A stretch of DNA of 64,000 bases from assembly GCF_009834535.1 (NCBI RefSeq), contig NC_045697.1, positions 61,382,001-61,446,000 of the forward strand, given 5' to 3'. This DNA is from Camelus ferus. Taxonomy: Eukaryota. Each line of letters opens with the position of its first letter. Position 1 is the stretch's first letter. A program made the position numbers and the translations under genes. The notes under the pieces were generated by a model. It was not told the DNA's origin, made no database searches, and saw only the letters and a program-made list of their open reading frames with translations. Positions 1-13,894 of the stretch are shown here, piece after piece.

Positions 1-1134
1 TGAACACAATAAAATCAATGATGTATTCAGTCCAGTTCTAATTTAGGATGAGCAAGGATCAGAACTATTGGCAATCACAGGTTTCTAATCATTAAAGGAA
101 ACCTGGCCATATCACTTTTTGCACTCAGTATTGCAACATGCTAATGAGAACATAAATATTCTAGCTAGGACATCTATCAGGAGAAGGTACGGACTTATCT
201 TGGAGCTTTATTGTAGACAGTGGCACTTTGTTTTTACCTGATGTGTTGCCAATTTAGTGTTTGCCTGATTGCAATAAATCTTCTTTGACATGCACTTAAT
301 ATGAGCTTTTAGATATATATTGAATCTGAAAAAAAAAGAGGAAGAATTGCTGTTGATTTGGTCTTCTCTTCCATCTCACAGAAAAAATTTAGGAAGAGCA
401 GCAAGAAACATACAAGAGAAGCATATGCCTAATGGAAAGAAGTAGGTCTTGAAAACATCCAAGGGAAGCCCATGCCACTGAACAGCTAATTAGTGTCTTC
501 ATTAGTGCTTTACAACAAGAAATATGAGCATGAAGGGAGGGAACTCCCAGATTTCTCCAGAGAGATTACAAAACAAAGTACTCCTTGATCTGATCTCATC
601 TGTTCTTCTCTTTTGTCTTTACAGACAAAGAGGAGACATAAATAAGCTCCCACCTTCTGCCAAGGGCTGCACTGCATGCCAATTATTTAAATGATGAAGG
701 AGGAGAGATGCCTATTGGGAAGTGCACTTAAAAGGAGAAAAAGAGGCCAAAACACCTTTATCACGGTAATAGATCCATTCCCCCTTTATTCCAGATTTGT
801 GCACATTTAAGACAGAAACCAAGAGGCCTTGAGCTGTAAATTCTTGTTCCTTTACTTTGCATAGGCTTAACTAGATAAACCCTTAGAAGTACAGCTTCTT
901 ACACATAGCAAAAGGAGGGAGATTCTAGCAAGTTCCTTCAAAACAGCAGTTGTTCCCTCAGAATCAACATCATCTTGAAAGAATAAGGTCGTATTTAACT
1001 AAAACATCCTACTGCCAGGTTCTCCTGAAAAATAACAGAATTTAGATTTTAATCCCCAAGATTTTTCAGTAATAATAGTTAATAGCTGATATTGTAATAT
1101 TTATGACATAAACTAAAATATGTTAGTATAAATG

Positions 1135-1497
1135 AATCTGATTGCTATTGCTACATAACAAACCCCTCTAAAACTCAATGGCAATCTAAGCTGAGCTCAG
1201 CTGGGCAGTTCTGCCTTGGGCTTCAGTGACCAAATGGCTGTTGCCCACTGAGGGTGCATGGACTGACTGCCAGCCACGGCACGTTATTTTCACAGCAATG
1301 CACATGTGCAAGAGAGTAAGCAGACACACAGGAGGCTTCTAGGGTCTCAGCTCAGAAATGGTACTCTGTCACATCTACCTCATTACATTGGCCAAAACAA
1401 ATCACATGAGCCCAAGTTTGAAAAACTGTGAAGTCACATGGCAAAAAGCATGGATACAGGAGGAAGAAAACTGGCACCAAGGAGGCAAACTACCACA
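1135..1497 (-). mobile_element. MaLR LTR (old MLT1 family), degenerate
   Basis: Contains 'ctattgctacataacaaacccctctaaaactcaatggc' and 'cattggccaaaacaaatcacatgagcccaag', which are typical MLT1 antisense segments; ends 'ctaccaca'. Confidence 0.75.
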
Positions 1498-3784
1498 GTG
1501 AAAAGTAAATGTATATTCTGACTTGAGGATTAGCAGTTGGCTCATAGAAGAAAAGTTGTATCAGTGGAAACCAGAATTAATAAAGGTTATATGAAATAAA
1601 AATTGTTGTCAAGATGTTAGATATGCTTTGAAACAAATACCCATGGCAAATTGTGATTGGACATTACTCAAAGTTTTCAGTATAGCAGCTTATTGTCTGT
1701 TTGCATATATGAATTCCTTTAAAAATTGGAAAAGACTGCAACTGGGAATGTCGGGAATGGATAAAGGCAGGTATTCTTAGAAGTGTGCATGACATGAGGA
1801 AACAGTGAGGACAATGGGAGGTACAGTACAGAGTTTAAAAAAAAATTTTTTTTAAAGATTGGTTTTAGTTCAAAGGGTTTTGTGGAAACTTAAAGACTTT
1901 TGAACAAATACTTAAAATAACAAAAGTAGTTAAGTGGGAGGAAAAATCTGCCTGGGTATGTCAGATTGAGAGGAATGGGAGAGTCCAGAAGGCAGGATTC
2001 TAGGTAGAAGGCTGCTAAAAAGACTGAAGACATGGCCCTCAACTGGGTGTGAAGCATAGTGTCAAAGGAAGGAGGAAGAGTAAGTGACAGCACTTGGGAG
2101 GTGACAGGATTGAGAAGTTGTAAAGAAGGCAGAGAATTCAAAGACTTCAACTCAAAGTTCTAAAGTCTGGGTGACCAGACACATGAAAATATGTTTGCTT
2201 AACACAAATCAAGAGTAGGACTCATTTTAGTGAGAATTCTAGATGAAGGGAATGTGTGTGTGTTCTGAGGTGAGAGAATCTGTGGCCAACTCAAGACATT
2301 AAAAAACAAAACCAAGAACAAAACAGGAGAAGACGAAGAACACCAATATGATTGGAATTTAGCAAGTTAGGTAGTGAGAGAGTACGAGAGAAAGTGTTAA
2401 CCACTAAGACTGGAGAAGTAACCAGAAACCACATAGCAAGGTTTTTAACTCAAGTTAAATATTTGAAACTTTGTGAACAACAGTAGGAAGCTGTAAGCAC
2501 AATAAAACATGATATGACCAATATTTTTGAAAGATCAATCTGATGTCTGAGTTGACATAGGTAAGGAAATTATTAACCAAACCAATTATATACAGTATAC
2601 ACAGTCTTTCAGCATGAAAGTGTCACCACTGAAATTATGTCAAAATGCCTTCTGTGTAAACAAGATAACTAAAATGGGTTAAACTTTTCTTCTGAACAAT
2701 AAAGAAAAAAGTCATAATCCCTGTTTTGCAAATTAAAATATGCATCTTTCTTCATAGTAATACCTTTAACTACTTGGGGACTGTTTAGGAACTCCATGAT
2801 TATTAACAATGAAATAAAATTTGTGAAAATTAAAGTGATAGGCAAACATTCAGATATAGCAAAAGATTATTTACTAAGAAGCAGTAACAATATGGTTGTC
2901 TAAGAAGAAAGCCACTGTTATTTTACCTAATCAAAATCCATTGTGTTTGGCTGGAACCCACTGGTTCTGGCATGCTGACTCTACTAACAACTGTGTTTTC
3001 AGGTTGGAGAGACAGATATATCAAATATTTCTTTACTGTGGCATAACTTCCCAGTTTCTCTTCTCTTCTGCCTTGGATATTTTGATACAAAACTGAAATT
3101 TACAGAATATTCAGGTAATGATTAAAAAAATTTTTTTGATTCAGTACTGACTGGATGGAAAGATGAGCAAAATAAATAGTATATCACATCTTAGTTTTCT
3201 AAGTAGACTACACATTTTCCTTTTTGTCCACAAAATTGACATTTAAATACATCATAACTTTGCATATCATTTCTCATCAAAGATGTATCTCCTCCTGAAG
3301 ATGATTAAAGATCGTGTATATTCACATATAAATGTATCACCTACACCTTTAATTTAAATAAAACAGTGTTTTTTTTAACTTAACCTTTTACACTTATGAA
3401 AAATTGTAAAAGCTAAAGTCAGAGTGAACTTATTCCACTTTCACCTTAGCCAAAGTTATTAAATTTGACTAAAGATAGGTAAAGAAGTCAGATCAGCAGA
3501 TTTCATAGTAGAGAAGGCAGAGCTATTCTCCAGTGTTGGATGCAGGATGGATCTTTAGGGCACCCAGAACAGATACACAGTTGTAGATCCAAAGTGTGAG
3601 TCAGAGAGAACCAGGCCACAACTTGAGGAAGCTCAAGTATCCCCTTTCAGATACAGATTTACACGCAGGAGGTATTAGCAGTCCTGCCTCTGTAGGTGCT
3701 GGAGACCACTGTTACCCGCTGGGGCACTTCTTAACCTTAAACTTACACAGTGCACTCTGTGATTCCCACTAGCATGTATGTGGC

Positions 3785-3897
3785 ATGAGGGGAGGAATGG
3801 TCTGTTTTGTTCATTGCTCTACCCTTGGCATCAAGAACTGAGTCTGGGCATACAATAAGGATTCAATAACAGTTGCTGAATGCTGAATAAATAAATG
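3785..3897 (+). mobile_element. L2 LINE 3' tail
   Basis: 'gtctgttttgttcattgct...ggcatacaataaggattcaataacagttgctgaatgctgaataaataaatg' matches the L2 3' end. Confidence 0.75.
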
Positions 3898-4299
3898 GGA
3901 AGATTTCTGGAATAAAGTACACAATACACTTCGGCTGGAAACAACTCTTTATCCATCACTCTCAACATCTTGAGTTAACACAGTTTGGCTGAGCTTGTAA
4001 CTGTAGAAATGGAACATGGGTCAGTCATGTCACTGGGAGTTATGCTAATCAGATCTTGGACTAGCTATAAGGCCTATTGTGTATTGTCTGGATTGTTCTC
4101 CAGTTTCAGATTTATTTATTTTTTTTTTTTTATTTTTTTTTTGTAATTTAGGCACATCTATTTTTTTCTGTAAGAATTTAGAAGATAATCTGATTTTTTA
4201 AAAAATCAGTATTTGGACTATCTCTCGTTAAATTAGTATGTTATTTTGAGAAAAGTGACACATATACTTAGCTGCCCAACCCAATTATATTCCTATTTA

Positions 4300-4940
4300 T
4301 TAAAGCCCTATTTTATGATCCTAAGAAATTTTATAACTTGTTTTTCATATAAGCCTTGCATAGTTTTTGTTAAGCTTATTTCTAAGTACTTTATATATTA
4401 TTTGCCTATTGTAAATGAGATGTTTTACTTGATTGTATTTTCTCATTGGATTTGTTTGTATATAGAAAGATAAGTACTTTAATATGTAAGTATTGGGTGC
4501 AGCTACATTACTGAATGTTCTTATTAATCATAATTATATTCTATTTCACTCTCTTGAGTTATACAATTATGTCATCTGCAATAACAAATATTTTTTCTTT
4601 TAATGTATTATTTTTTCACAACTAATTATAACACTAGTAACTAGAACAATCTCAAATTAATTAACTAAAAGTAAATTAAACTGTCTTGACTGTGGAATTC
4701 TGGTATTTCATTATAAGATATAACACTAAATAAACAAATAAAAAATATATATACACATTAAAGTTATCCATATATCCATATTTTACTAAGAAATTTTTTA
4801 TCTAAAAATATTTTTAGCCAATGTATGTTTAGCATTTCTAGCAATCACATGATTTTTACTTTGAATTACCATGGTGAATTACTAACAGATTTCCTTATCA
4901 TAGAAACATGATTGCATGCCTGCTATAGCTGGATATACTA
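4300..4940 (-). mobile_element. Old L1 (L1ME-like) ORF2 fragment
   Basis: Antisense L1 motifs 'tttgttaagcttatttctaagtact' and 'caattatgtcatctgcaata' (reverse of the RT ADD region); T-rich. Confidence 0.75.
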
Positions 4941-5100
4941 ATGCTACATTATAATATTATACATACATACATAACAATATTATATCATAATAACACATGA
5001 ATGAGTAGTTTATATTTTAACTTTCACAAATGTAATTGTTTTGTAGTTGTTTGTATGGGAGAAAGTACGTATCTGTGTGGATGTATACACAGGCTGGTAG

Positions 5101-5519
5101 TGTGCCAGCCATGAATATGCATCTATCAAATTTCTGACTTCAGGGGTGTAAGTAACTGATGGCCCCAGCTGCCAAAGTCTCAAATCCATCACAGCATTTG
5201 CTCCAGAGCCAATCATCCCATGGGCTGCTCCCCACAAAATACGTGAGCATAATAGGGATACTGAAGTGACTTTGGCCAAAGACTTTCTATGGGCCTTGTG
5301 AACTTCTTTAGAACTGGGTTGAAATCTAAGACTCATCCTCCCAATTCATTTTGTCTTCCTTTCTCCTTTGTAAGGATCAGATGTGGAAGATAGACTTATG
5401 TCTCTACCAGATCCCCTTGACTCACTTTCATTCTCTTTCACAGGCATGTCTCCTAGTAAATCTCTTTTATGACTAATCCCATCTTGGTGTCCACTTCTCA
5501 GAGGACTCAGACTAACATA
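5101..5519 (+). mobile_element. ERVL LTR (LTR16 family), 5' LTR of the adjacent provirus remnant
   Basis: Starts 'tgtgccagccatgaatatgcat'; ends 'ctaatcccatcttggtgtccacttctcagaggactcagactaacata', which resembles LTR16 termini. Confidence 0.8.
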
Positions 5520-7290
5520 AGTGGGGTCAGAGAAAACAGGCTATTAGATGGGGATGTGAGACTGGCTCACAGTGAACAACAGACTCTAAAATGGGCTGAG
5601 ATGGCATAAATAACATCATGGTCCTTCTGTTAGAATGAGGACTTATGGGGTCAGGTAATAATAAACAAGAGTCCTGGATAGAGTCCAGCTCTCAGTGGCC
5701 CACTGTGTCTTCAGACCCACACCAGTGGTCATTTCCCCAGACTCCAAGAATTAATTGAAATTAATAAGTTTGGCAGTTGAGGTAATACCCACATTGGTTC
5801 TTTGCCTGTAAGGTAAGAACTATCATAGTAGGAAAGGTCAAGTGAGAATCTTTGAAACTGAATCCCCTACCTTGCCTAAGAATACAATTCAAACACAGTA
5901 TCACAGGCTAAAGAAGTAACAGAGACTAGTGAAGCGATTAAGGATCTACAGAAAGAAAGAGTAACAGTCCCTACCATATCTTCATTTAATTCACAAATCT
6001 GGCCCCTGAAGAAACTGAATGGATCCTGGAGAATGACTGCAGACTACCTCAGCCCCGATCACAGCTGCCATGCTAAATGCTGTTAGAAGAGGTTAATAAG
6101 ATTATTGATTTGGTGAAAGCATTGTTTCTCACTGCAATTAAAAAAGAGTTCATTTACAGGGCTTCTTAGGTCTCCTGTCCTGTATTATACTATAGTCTGA
6201 AGAGATCAAAACCACCTGACTATTTAAGAAAATGACACACTGACTCATTATATCAATGACATTATACTTATTGATAAAGTGAGCAAGGGGTGGCTAGTAT
6301 GCTAAAGCCCATGGTGAGATACACACACTTCAGAAGGTGGGAAATAAACCATACAAATGCTTAAGACCTGTGACTTCTGTGAAGCTTTTAGAGGTTCAAT
6401 CATCATGTGTAGTAACAAAGTAAAAGACAAATTGCTGCATCATTAATTTCTTACCGCATACTACTCTGGCTTCTGGGAAATAACATACTTCATACCTACA
6501 GATAAACCAGCCCATATACTGGGATACCTGGAAGACTCAAGCTTTAAGTCCCAGAAGGAAAGGATTCTGCAACAAATTCAGGCTGAGGTACAAGAGGCAT
6601 TACTGCTTACGTCATACTATCCAGCAGACACTATGATGTTGGTGGTGTTAAGTGGTGGGAAAAGATGCCACAAAGAGCTGGGCAAGCCCCAGAGGGAGTA
6701 CCACAATGCAGGTCCATGGGATTCTGGAACAAGACCGTAGCATCTCCAACAGAGAATTATACTGCCTTTGAGAAACTGTTCCTGACACGTTAATGAGTCC
6801 TAATAGAAATGGAATTCTTCATTCTTCGTCCAAGACACAAAGTGACCATACAACTACAATTGCCTTTATAAACTGGATTCCACTGGACTTCCCAGATCAT
6901 AAAGTTGGTTTTGCTCAGTAGTAGTTCATCATCAAATAGAAACAGTACATCTGGCAATAAGCCTGAGCTAGACAAGAAGACACAGTAAGATGTCTGAGAA
7001 GTACCCTTCTTTGGACTTGAACTTAGAGGTATATGAGAGGGTTTACAATAAACCAGCTAAATGAGAAGGAAAAAAAAAAAATACTGAGCTTGTTTTACAC
7101 TTGAGTTGGCTCAATACATGTTCACAAGCCAAAAACAGATGTGAACGGATTGCAGACACAATTAGGGGTATTCCCGAAAGACAGTGGAGAGGATAATTCT
7201 CCCCAAAGAGCAAAGCTGATCCAGTGCACCTGGTCATCAACTTTAAGTGCAAGTAAAGTGAAAACGGCTTGACATGAGAATATATAGGTT
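5520..7290 (+). mobile_element. ERVL (HERV16-like) internal region with disrupted protease/RT/RNase H
   Basis: From 5967 translates VPTISSFNSQIWPLKKLNGSWRMTADY (ERVL RT N-terminal motif); YIND at 6249-6260 (decayed YIDD); GFWNKTVASPTENYTAFEK near 6718-6775 (RNase H region). Many stops, frameshifts and deletions. Confidence 0.9.
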
Positions 7291-7989
7291 CTTAAGCACT
7301 ACTTTATCTTGAATTTCTTAATGAGTTTGCCTGTGAATTTTTTGTTATAAAATATTGTTCATATGCACACATAAAAGATACTCAGTTTGGATTATCCGTT
7401 TTTCCTTTTTTATCTTTCTTAATCATGTATATCCGTTTTACATCAGAAATTAACTTCTCTGATATCAAGATGGTTACTCTTCCTTAATTTTGCTATTTTG
7501 TTGATCACTCAATCTTTTATGTTTAACCACTCTGAGTTCACTTCATAATATTTCTCTTACAGGTGACATCAAGTTGAGATTTTGATTGAGATCTGAAAGT
7601 AAAATAATTTTCTTTTAATCATCAAGTTTAGTTAATTCACATTTATTGATATGACATATTTCACCTTAGTCCTGATAAATTGGTTCATATTGGATGATTT
7701 TTTAATCTGATTTTTTAATCTTTTATTTAATGTCACCACACTTCCCTTCTCTGAAGATTTTTGTAGATATGGTGGCCATCACATTCTAGTTTGTGATTGC
7801 TGCTTTGTTATGCATAGATTTTGTGTTGCTTCTTTTGTATTATTACTTATCATTGAGTGCTTTTAATTATGCATGGAAAAAACTGGTGAATTCAGAGCTA
7901 CATCTGAATTCAGGAAGTACTCTGATTTCACAGCAAAGACTCTTAAATACTGGTTCCTGTGGTTAGGAAAACCTTACTTCTTGCCTATC

Positions 7990-8163
7990 CGTGGCCTTCT
8001 GGTCCTACAATTCCCCAGGTTTCAGAAGCTCTTCCTTCAATTAAATGAACATTACCAGTATCCTTCATATGCAACTCAATTTTGTTTATTTGCTTTATTT
8101 TCTTTCTGCCTTAAGCTGGGTTGAGCTGGGTTTCTGTTACTTGAAACTGAAAGAAAGCTGATA
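7990..8163 (+). mobile_element. ERVL/MaLR LTR 3' part (MLT1- or LTR33-like)
   Basis: 'cttaagctgggttgagctgggtttctgttacttgaaactgaaag' is the typical 3' end of these LTRs. Confidence 0.6.
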
Positions 8164-8379
8164 ATTTTCAAAGTAGACACCAACATAGACATTTGGAAGT
8201 GACAAGGTTGAAGGTTCAATCATCTTAGCTGCTCTTTCAGAATAGTGGGACTAAAAAGTTTCAGACTTTTGGATAATGGCATGCTTTCATGTCTGTTTGT
8301 AGTGTAGTAATATACCCTAGGCACTTAATATATCCTTAAGGTTGAGTATAGTACTTGGTTCTTGAAGAAAATTAATAAA

Positions 8380-8540
8380 GTGAGAAATTTTCTGAGCCTC
8401 ACTCAGCCTCAATTATCTAATAGGTGAAATGAAATGAAGGAGGGAGGATAGTAATACTGATCTCACAGCACACATATAGGAGCACTGCACATAAAACATC
8501 TGCTCCAGTGCATGGCATCTCACACAGAGAAAATAAGTAG
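8380..8540 (+). mobile_element. MIR SINE fragment
   Basis: 'tctgagcctc...cctcaattatctaataggtgaaatg...atagtaatact' resembles the MIR core. Confidence 0.55.
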
Positions 8541-11469
8541 TGTTGTTTAACAGTAACATGTTAGTAGTAGTATTATTAATGAATGATTAAATTAAAATTG
8601 AGTAACAACTTCTCAGTAAGTGGTGATAATTTCTTAAAATGCTTAAATTTCTTAAATGATTAAACTGAAAGTCACACTATGAAGTCACCTAAGAACTTCT
8701 AAGAAATGCTGATGGGCTGAAAAAGAAGCTTTAAAGGTGGAAAGATATGAGATTGAAATTTAGAATATTCAGTATTTGTTCTTGATGGCACCCACATATG
8801 AGAACTTCCATTACAATATTTTTGAGGAAATATGTGTAGATGACATAGTAAAAGAGAGCTCTAGAAAACAAAAGCACTATGGTGTTTTAGAAAAGTAACA
8901 ACTGTAGTCTTTGATAAAACCCAAGAGATGCAATGAGGTTGAAATGAGACCTGTTGGTAGGTACCTGACTCTTCCCTAAGACTTCCCAAATCAAGAGCAG
9001 TAGGGTAATCGACAGTTAGCAAACTAAGTCCATGCAGAATTTTAAATTTCATTATAAATGAGTAATCACAAAGAATAAGCTGATTTACCTATTAATCTCA
9101 AGTTGAAAAGTGAATGTCAAAATTTCTATAAGGCAGAGAATTCTACTGTTTCTGGAGTGAGTTTAAAATATGATAAAATCTATTATTTTGATCAGTCTCT
9201 CAAACTAATCAAAAGAGGACCCAGGAGGTAATTCTTTCCTCTCTCCCAGTCCTATCCTTCCAGAAAGTTATTCCGAATCTAGCCCAATATGGGTGTGTGC
9301 TCTAAAAATGTTATACAATGAATAAAATATTCCCTAGTAATATCTTCTAATTCTCCATAACTCATTGTTAACATTAATCTGCTGATCAACATAAGAATAA
9401 GAGTTTCAGAAATGTAAGGTTTCAGCCAGTGCAGTTTGTCCTACACTTACTCACTGTTTTGTTTTACACTGATAGAGGATTAAGAACATAAAGAGGTTTT
9501 TCTGATTCTATTTCTCAATATGTTTCCTTGTTTCCCTTCTTTCTCTTAAAGGTGTTTTGCATTATAAGTAAAAATGTTGACTCTGTCTAAAAGTAATTCA
9601 AGGTAAAGTTCTAAGAATGTATTTGGCCCCAGAATAAAAGAAACTATTGAAAGCCTGCACTAGCAAGTACTATTTTGTGTGCTAGAATGAAAACCCAAAA
9701 GCATAAGCCAAGCTCAGAGGGCCTAGGGGCTGGTATGAATGATAAATGATAAAATGACAGCAAGCTTATTTAGAAAATGATATCACCAAAACCTGAATGG
9801 CTCCCTCTGGTATGAAGCATTAGTTAAAGCCAAGAAATATACTTGGAACAATATACTACTCTTACGGCCCTCTGATATTTTTAAACACTACATGGAATAT
9901 GACAGAAATACACAACTCTCTTCATTGACTCCTCTCCCCTTTTGCTTTGGAAATGATTTTCCGACAAAGGCATCCCTGACAGTGCAATAGTAGCCTGTTT
10001 AACCATGAGTAGAAGACCAAACTATCCATTGTTAGTTAATTCTTGGTCACCATCTTTTCCTGAAAGAATGGCTCAATCATCAGCTAAGATATAATTCTAT
10101 TATTCACTAATCTTTAATTGCACTCATTAAAATGTATCTTACATATATTCATTGCCTAAATTTCTCAACTTAAAAGATGAAACTCTTTCTATTCGCATAA
10201 AAACTTTTTGGAAACATCTCCTCTCTTTAGGTTCAATAAACACTTAATGAGGACCACCTATGTGTCAGAGAGTGAGAGTGAGCTGGGCAGTTCCACATGC
10301 ACAACCATCTGCTAGGTTTTAGCTTTTAGCACACATACCATGTTCCCTCATGTAGGATTAGGTAATGTAACAAGCAAAATATATTCGTGTAAGTTATATA
10401 ATCTCATAAACATAATTAAATATAACTGCTATAACGTCAATATGTGTATATTAAAGTAATTTTTACCTACAAATCAACCATCAGTTGGTGGATCCTGTAC
10501 TCTCAAAATATCCCTGATTCAGATTTTTCGTTATTATTAAATTCAGAAAATAAAAAATATATAATAGTTCAGGAACACAATTCTTAAATTAATAATGTAA
10601 TAAATATTATTACTAAAGCACTAATGCAATATAAACAACTTAAAATGAAAAACTACAGTAAATGCACATTTCTGAAGAATGGGTAATTAATTTATTTACA
10701 AAATTATCCAGATCCCATCCCATTTTCTGTTACCTGGTATGTGTGTTTCTATAGATATATGGTTTTTATTTACTACATTATTTTACTATATCTATTCATT
10801 TTCCCCCTTTATTAAAATAATGTAAAGTCTGTAGTAGATAAAAGAATATTTTTCTTCAATGTGGATGTGTTTTCCTAAATTGTGGCTGAACAAATAAATT
10901 ATAAAACATTGAAAATATTAAACTTTTAATTTTTTATAATTCAGGGAGAAAAACATGTAAATTCAAAATGAGAAAATGTGTGCAAAATTTAACACATACC
11001 CCAATATACAATAAAATTCCTATACTGATATTTCAAAAAAAAAAATGTAGTAGTCCTAAAGGATAAAAGATTGGTTTGAGATCATAAGTCTCAGTCAATT
11101 GTATATAATATAACATATTATAAAATTACTCATTAATCAGATTTAAAAATAAATTTTAACATTTTATTATGATAATTTCATCTCAGGAAAGAGTTAAATA
11201 CTTTAGAATTTATAAATAATGATCACATGCATTCCCTCATTAAATTCTCACATCAAGAGTGTGTGTATTACTACCACCTTTATAGCAAAGTGGAACATTC
11301 AAGGTGCCACTAGCAGTTGGTAAGGGAGAAGACAACTAAGCCAGATCTTCTCACTTTAGGAAATTTCTGTTAACTTATGATGCTTCTGGATACAACTGCC
11401 ATCTAATTCCCTTTTACAAAAGTCCATTTGGACACTGCTCCTTGCTCCTCATGAGGACAGAAAACAAGG

Positions 11470-11690
11470 TGGCTTAAAAAAAAACAACAACCACCACCTT
11501 TAAGGTCAGACAAAACAGGTTCGAAGCACACTCATGCCACTTATTTTCATACAAATCATCTTTACAACTCTCAGATTTCTTGTCAATAAATAGAGATACA
11601 GAGGAACCACCTATGGAGATGCTGACTTCAACAGGTAAGAGTCACAAAGCAGCCAGCATATTACAAATTCTCAAAAATTGTGAATTCTAC
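11470..11690 (+). mobile_element. MIR SINE, degenerate
   Basis: 'ggtcagacaaaacaggttcgaagc...gccactta...ctctcagatttcttgtcaataaatagagata'. Confidence 0.55.
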
Positions 11691-13024
11691 AACATTCCTT
11701 TGTGTAAGTTTGTTTTGATATTGAAATATTTCTAAATTAAAATTATGATTTTATTCACATATCATATACGGTTTCTTTTTTTTCCAATTTCATACTTATT
11801 ATGTTTTCAAGTAAAACAAGTAACAATCGAGGTGGGGAGGAAAAAGACTTCAAGAATAAAATATAGAATTGTGTGAACACCAGGGGGAGAAATTTTTTTA
11901 ATTGTAGCTAACAACAGATAAAAAATAAAAATTCCGAGTTAAGGAATGTGTTTTATTTGTCCACTGAGTGTGCAGATTTGACTGATTCTTCCATTTAATC
12001 ATGAAAATCTCTTAATAGATTTCATCAAAGACTCCTAGTTTATATAATTAAGATTGACTTATTAAAAAAGCAGGGGGGATCACTGTGCTCCAGAAAAATC
12101 TTGAACTGTTTTTTGACACAAAGCTAATAATTTCATCAGTGTCACCTCACATACAGAAGTTGTCCTTCGTAACAGTTCAGGGCAAGAAGTATAAAACAGC
12201 CAGATGACTGGAACTAACATACTAGGGAAGACCAAGTAAGGGAACATAGGACAGTGAGCCAAGAAAAAACGAGAACAAGGATTGTAAGCAGCATCTGTGT
12301 GGGATGCTGACTTGGTATGAAGCTAAAGAGGGAGATCACAGGACACATGCTAAGGAAATGTCAACACATGATTGCCGGCAAAGTGAAACATTTGGATTTT
12401 CACTAAAAGACAGTGTTTCCTCATCATACCTTCCACCTTCGGTTTAGCTGGAAGCCTCTGTGATGGCTTAGAATGTTTGTTTAGATGAGTCAAGCAACAA
12501 AGTCTTTAGTAAGAATTAGAGAATGTCTATCAAAGCAGAGGAATTAAAAATACCAACTAAGCATCAGATCCTCACTTAAGAACTTAAATATATCAAACAA
12601 AACACTTCTTTGATCACTCTGTTCATAAAATTCAATACATTGTATCTAATGTCACTTTGCATTCTCCCCTTCTGTATGAAGTTAGTCTCTAAGTTCTTTG
12701 CTGCTTTTTTTTCCCCCAAAACTATGTCTTGTATCCTTTCCTGTCCCTGCAGTCTCACGATACTCACTCCTACCCAGCCCATCACGATTTCAGACCTAAA
12801 GACCTACCCATCTTCTCTCCTTATTGAAGCCACTCTTCCTTAATCCCCAAACCCAGTGCTACCAGTTTCTAAGTGTTTGGAGAATTATTTGTGGAAAGCC
12901 CTTTATTTTCTAGCTCTTCCCACTTATTCAGAAACTGCCTCAGGGCACTCAGTTACCACTCATTCAGCTACTTAGCAGCTTCCAAAAATAGACTGCTGTT
13001 GTCTTACTTCCTTCTCTTCCCTTT

Positions 13025-13310
13025 TAATCACTCATCCACCAGATACTTATTTCGTACTTGTTATTTTCAAAACACTTCACATACAGCTTGGTGTTAAAGT
13101 GTTAATGCATGTAAAGAAGCTAAAGCAGCCTTATAAATCACCTTGGTACAAATTTTAGCAGTAATATAAACCATACACTGTTTACAAAAAAAAAGGCACT
13201 AAATGATTTTACAACAGGGGAGATGACTTCTGGTGGAGGGCATCAGGGAAAATTTTGCAGAAAATGTGGCATTTAACTGGACCGTATAAAATAGATAGGA
13301 TTTATATATA
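13025..13310 (-). mobile_element. L2 fragment
   Basis: 'tcactcatccaccagatacttatt' (antisense tail) and 'catcagggaaaattttgcagaaaatgtggcatttaactgg'. Confidence 0.6.
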
Positions 13311-13379
13311 AGGATTCCTGCTCTGGTCTATCTCCCTCCATGTAATCTGCATACGGCATCTGATACCCTTTGGTATAGC

Positions 13380-13610
13380 ATAACAGATGTGAACACATTT
13401 TTCCCTTTTAGACCAAACCCACATACTTCAAAATTCTACCTCTGCTACTAGATCATAATTATATTGCCTAATCTCACAGTGCCTGAGTTTCTTTTCCTGT
13501 AAACTGAAGATAGAAATACTGACCTGACAGTGTTGCTCTATATACTGCAGTTGTTAATACACACTAAAGTACTTAGAATAGGGCCCCGTGTATAGTTAGC
13601 TCTCATTACA
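13380..13610 (+). mobile_element. MIR SINE
   Basis: 'taatctcacagtgcctgagtttcttttcctgtaaactgaagatag...aaagtacttagaatagggccc'. Confidence 0.7.
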
Positions 13611-13894
13611 CAGTAGATGGCATTTGGACTAAAAATTCTATTACCCTATTGCATTTCCTTCTCAGTTCATTTCTAAAGCTTCCATCTCTAACTCGACATT
13701 CTCCCTTTGTTCTGGCATAATCTGGCCATGTCTCCCTTGTAGCCACATCCCACCCTGCTCCCCCCACAATTTTAGGCTCTAGAAATACTTGCAGCAACAA
13801 GCACTATTCTATGTTGTTCATTGCTTTGGGGGTCCTGCTGCTCCCTAGAATGACTATCTTTGCCCTTTCCTGGGCAATGAATTTGACCTCCAAA

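Noticed and set aside
1834..1856. A-run/T-run palindromes (also near 59231)
   Set aside because: Low-complexity homopolymer juxtaposition.
7888..7911. gaattcaga-N6-tctgaattc inverted repeat
   Set aside because: A single 9-bp stem can arise by chance in 64 kb; no supporting context.
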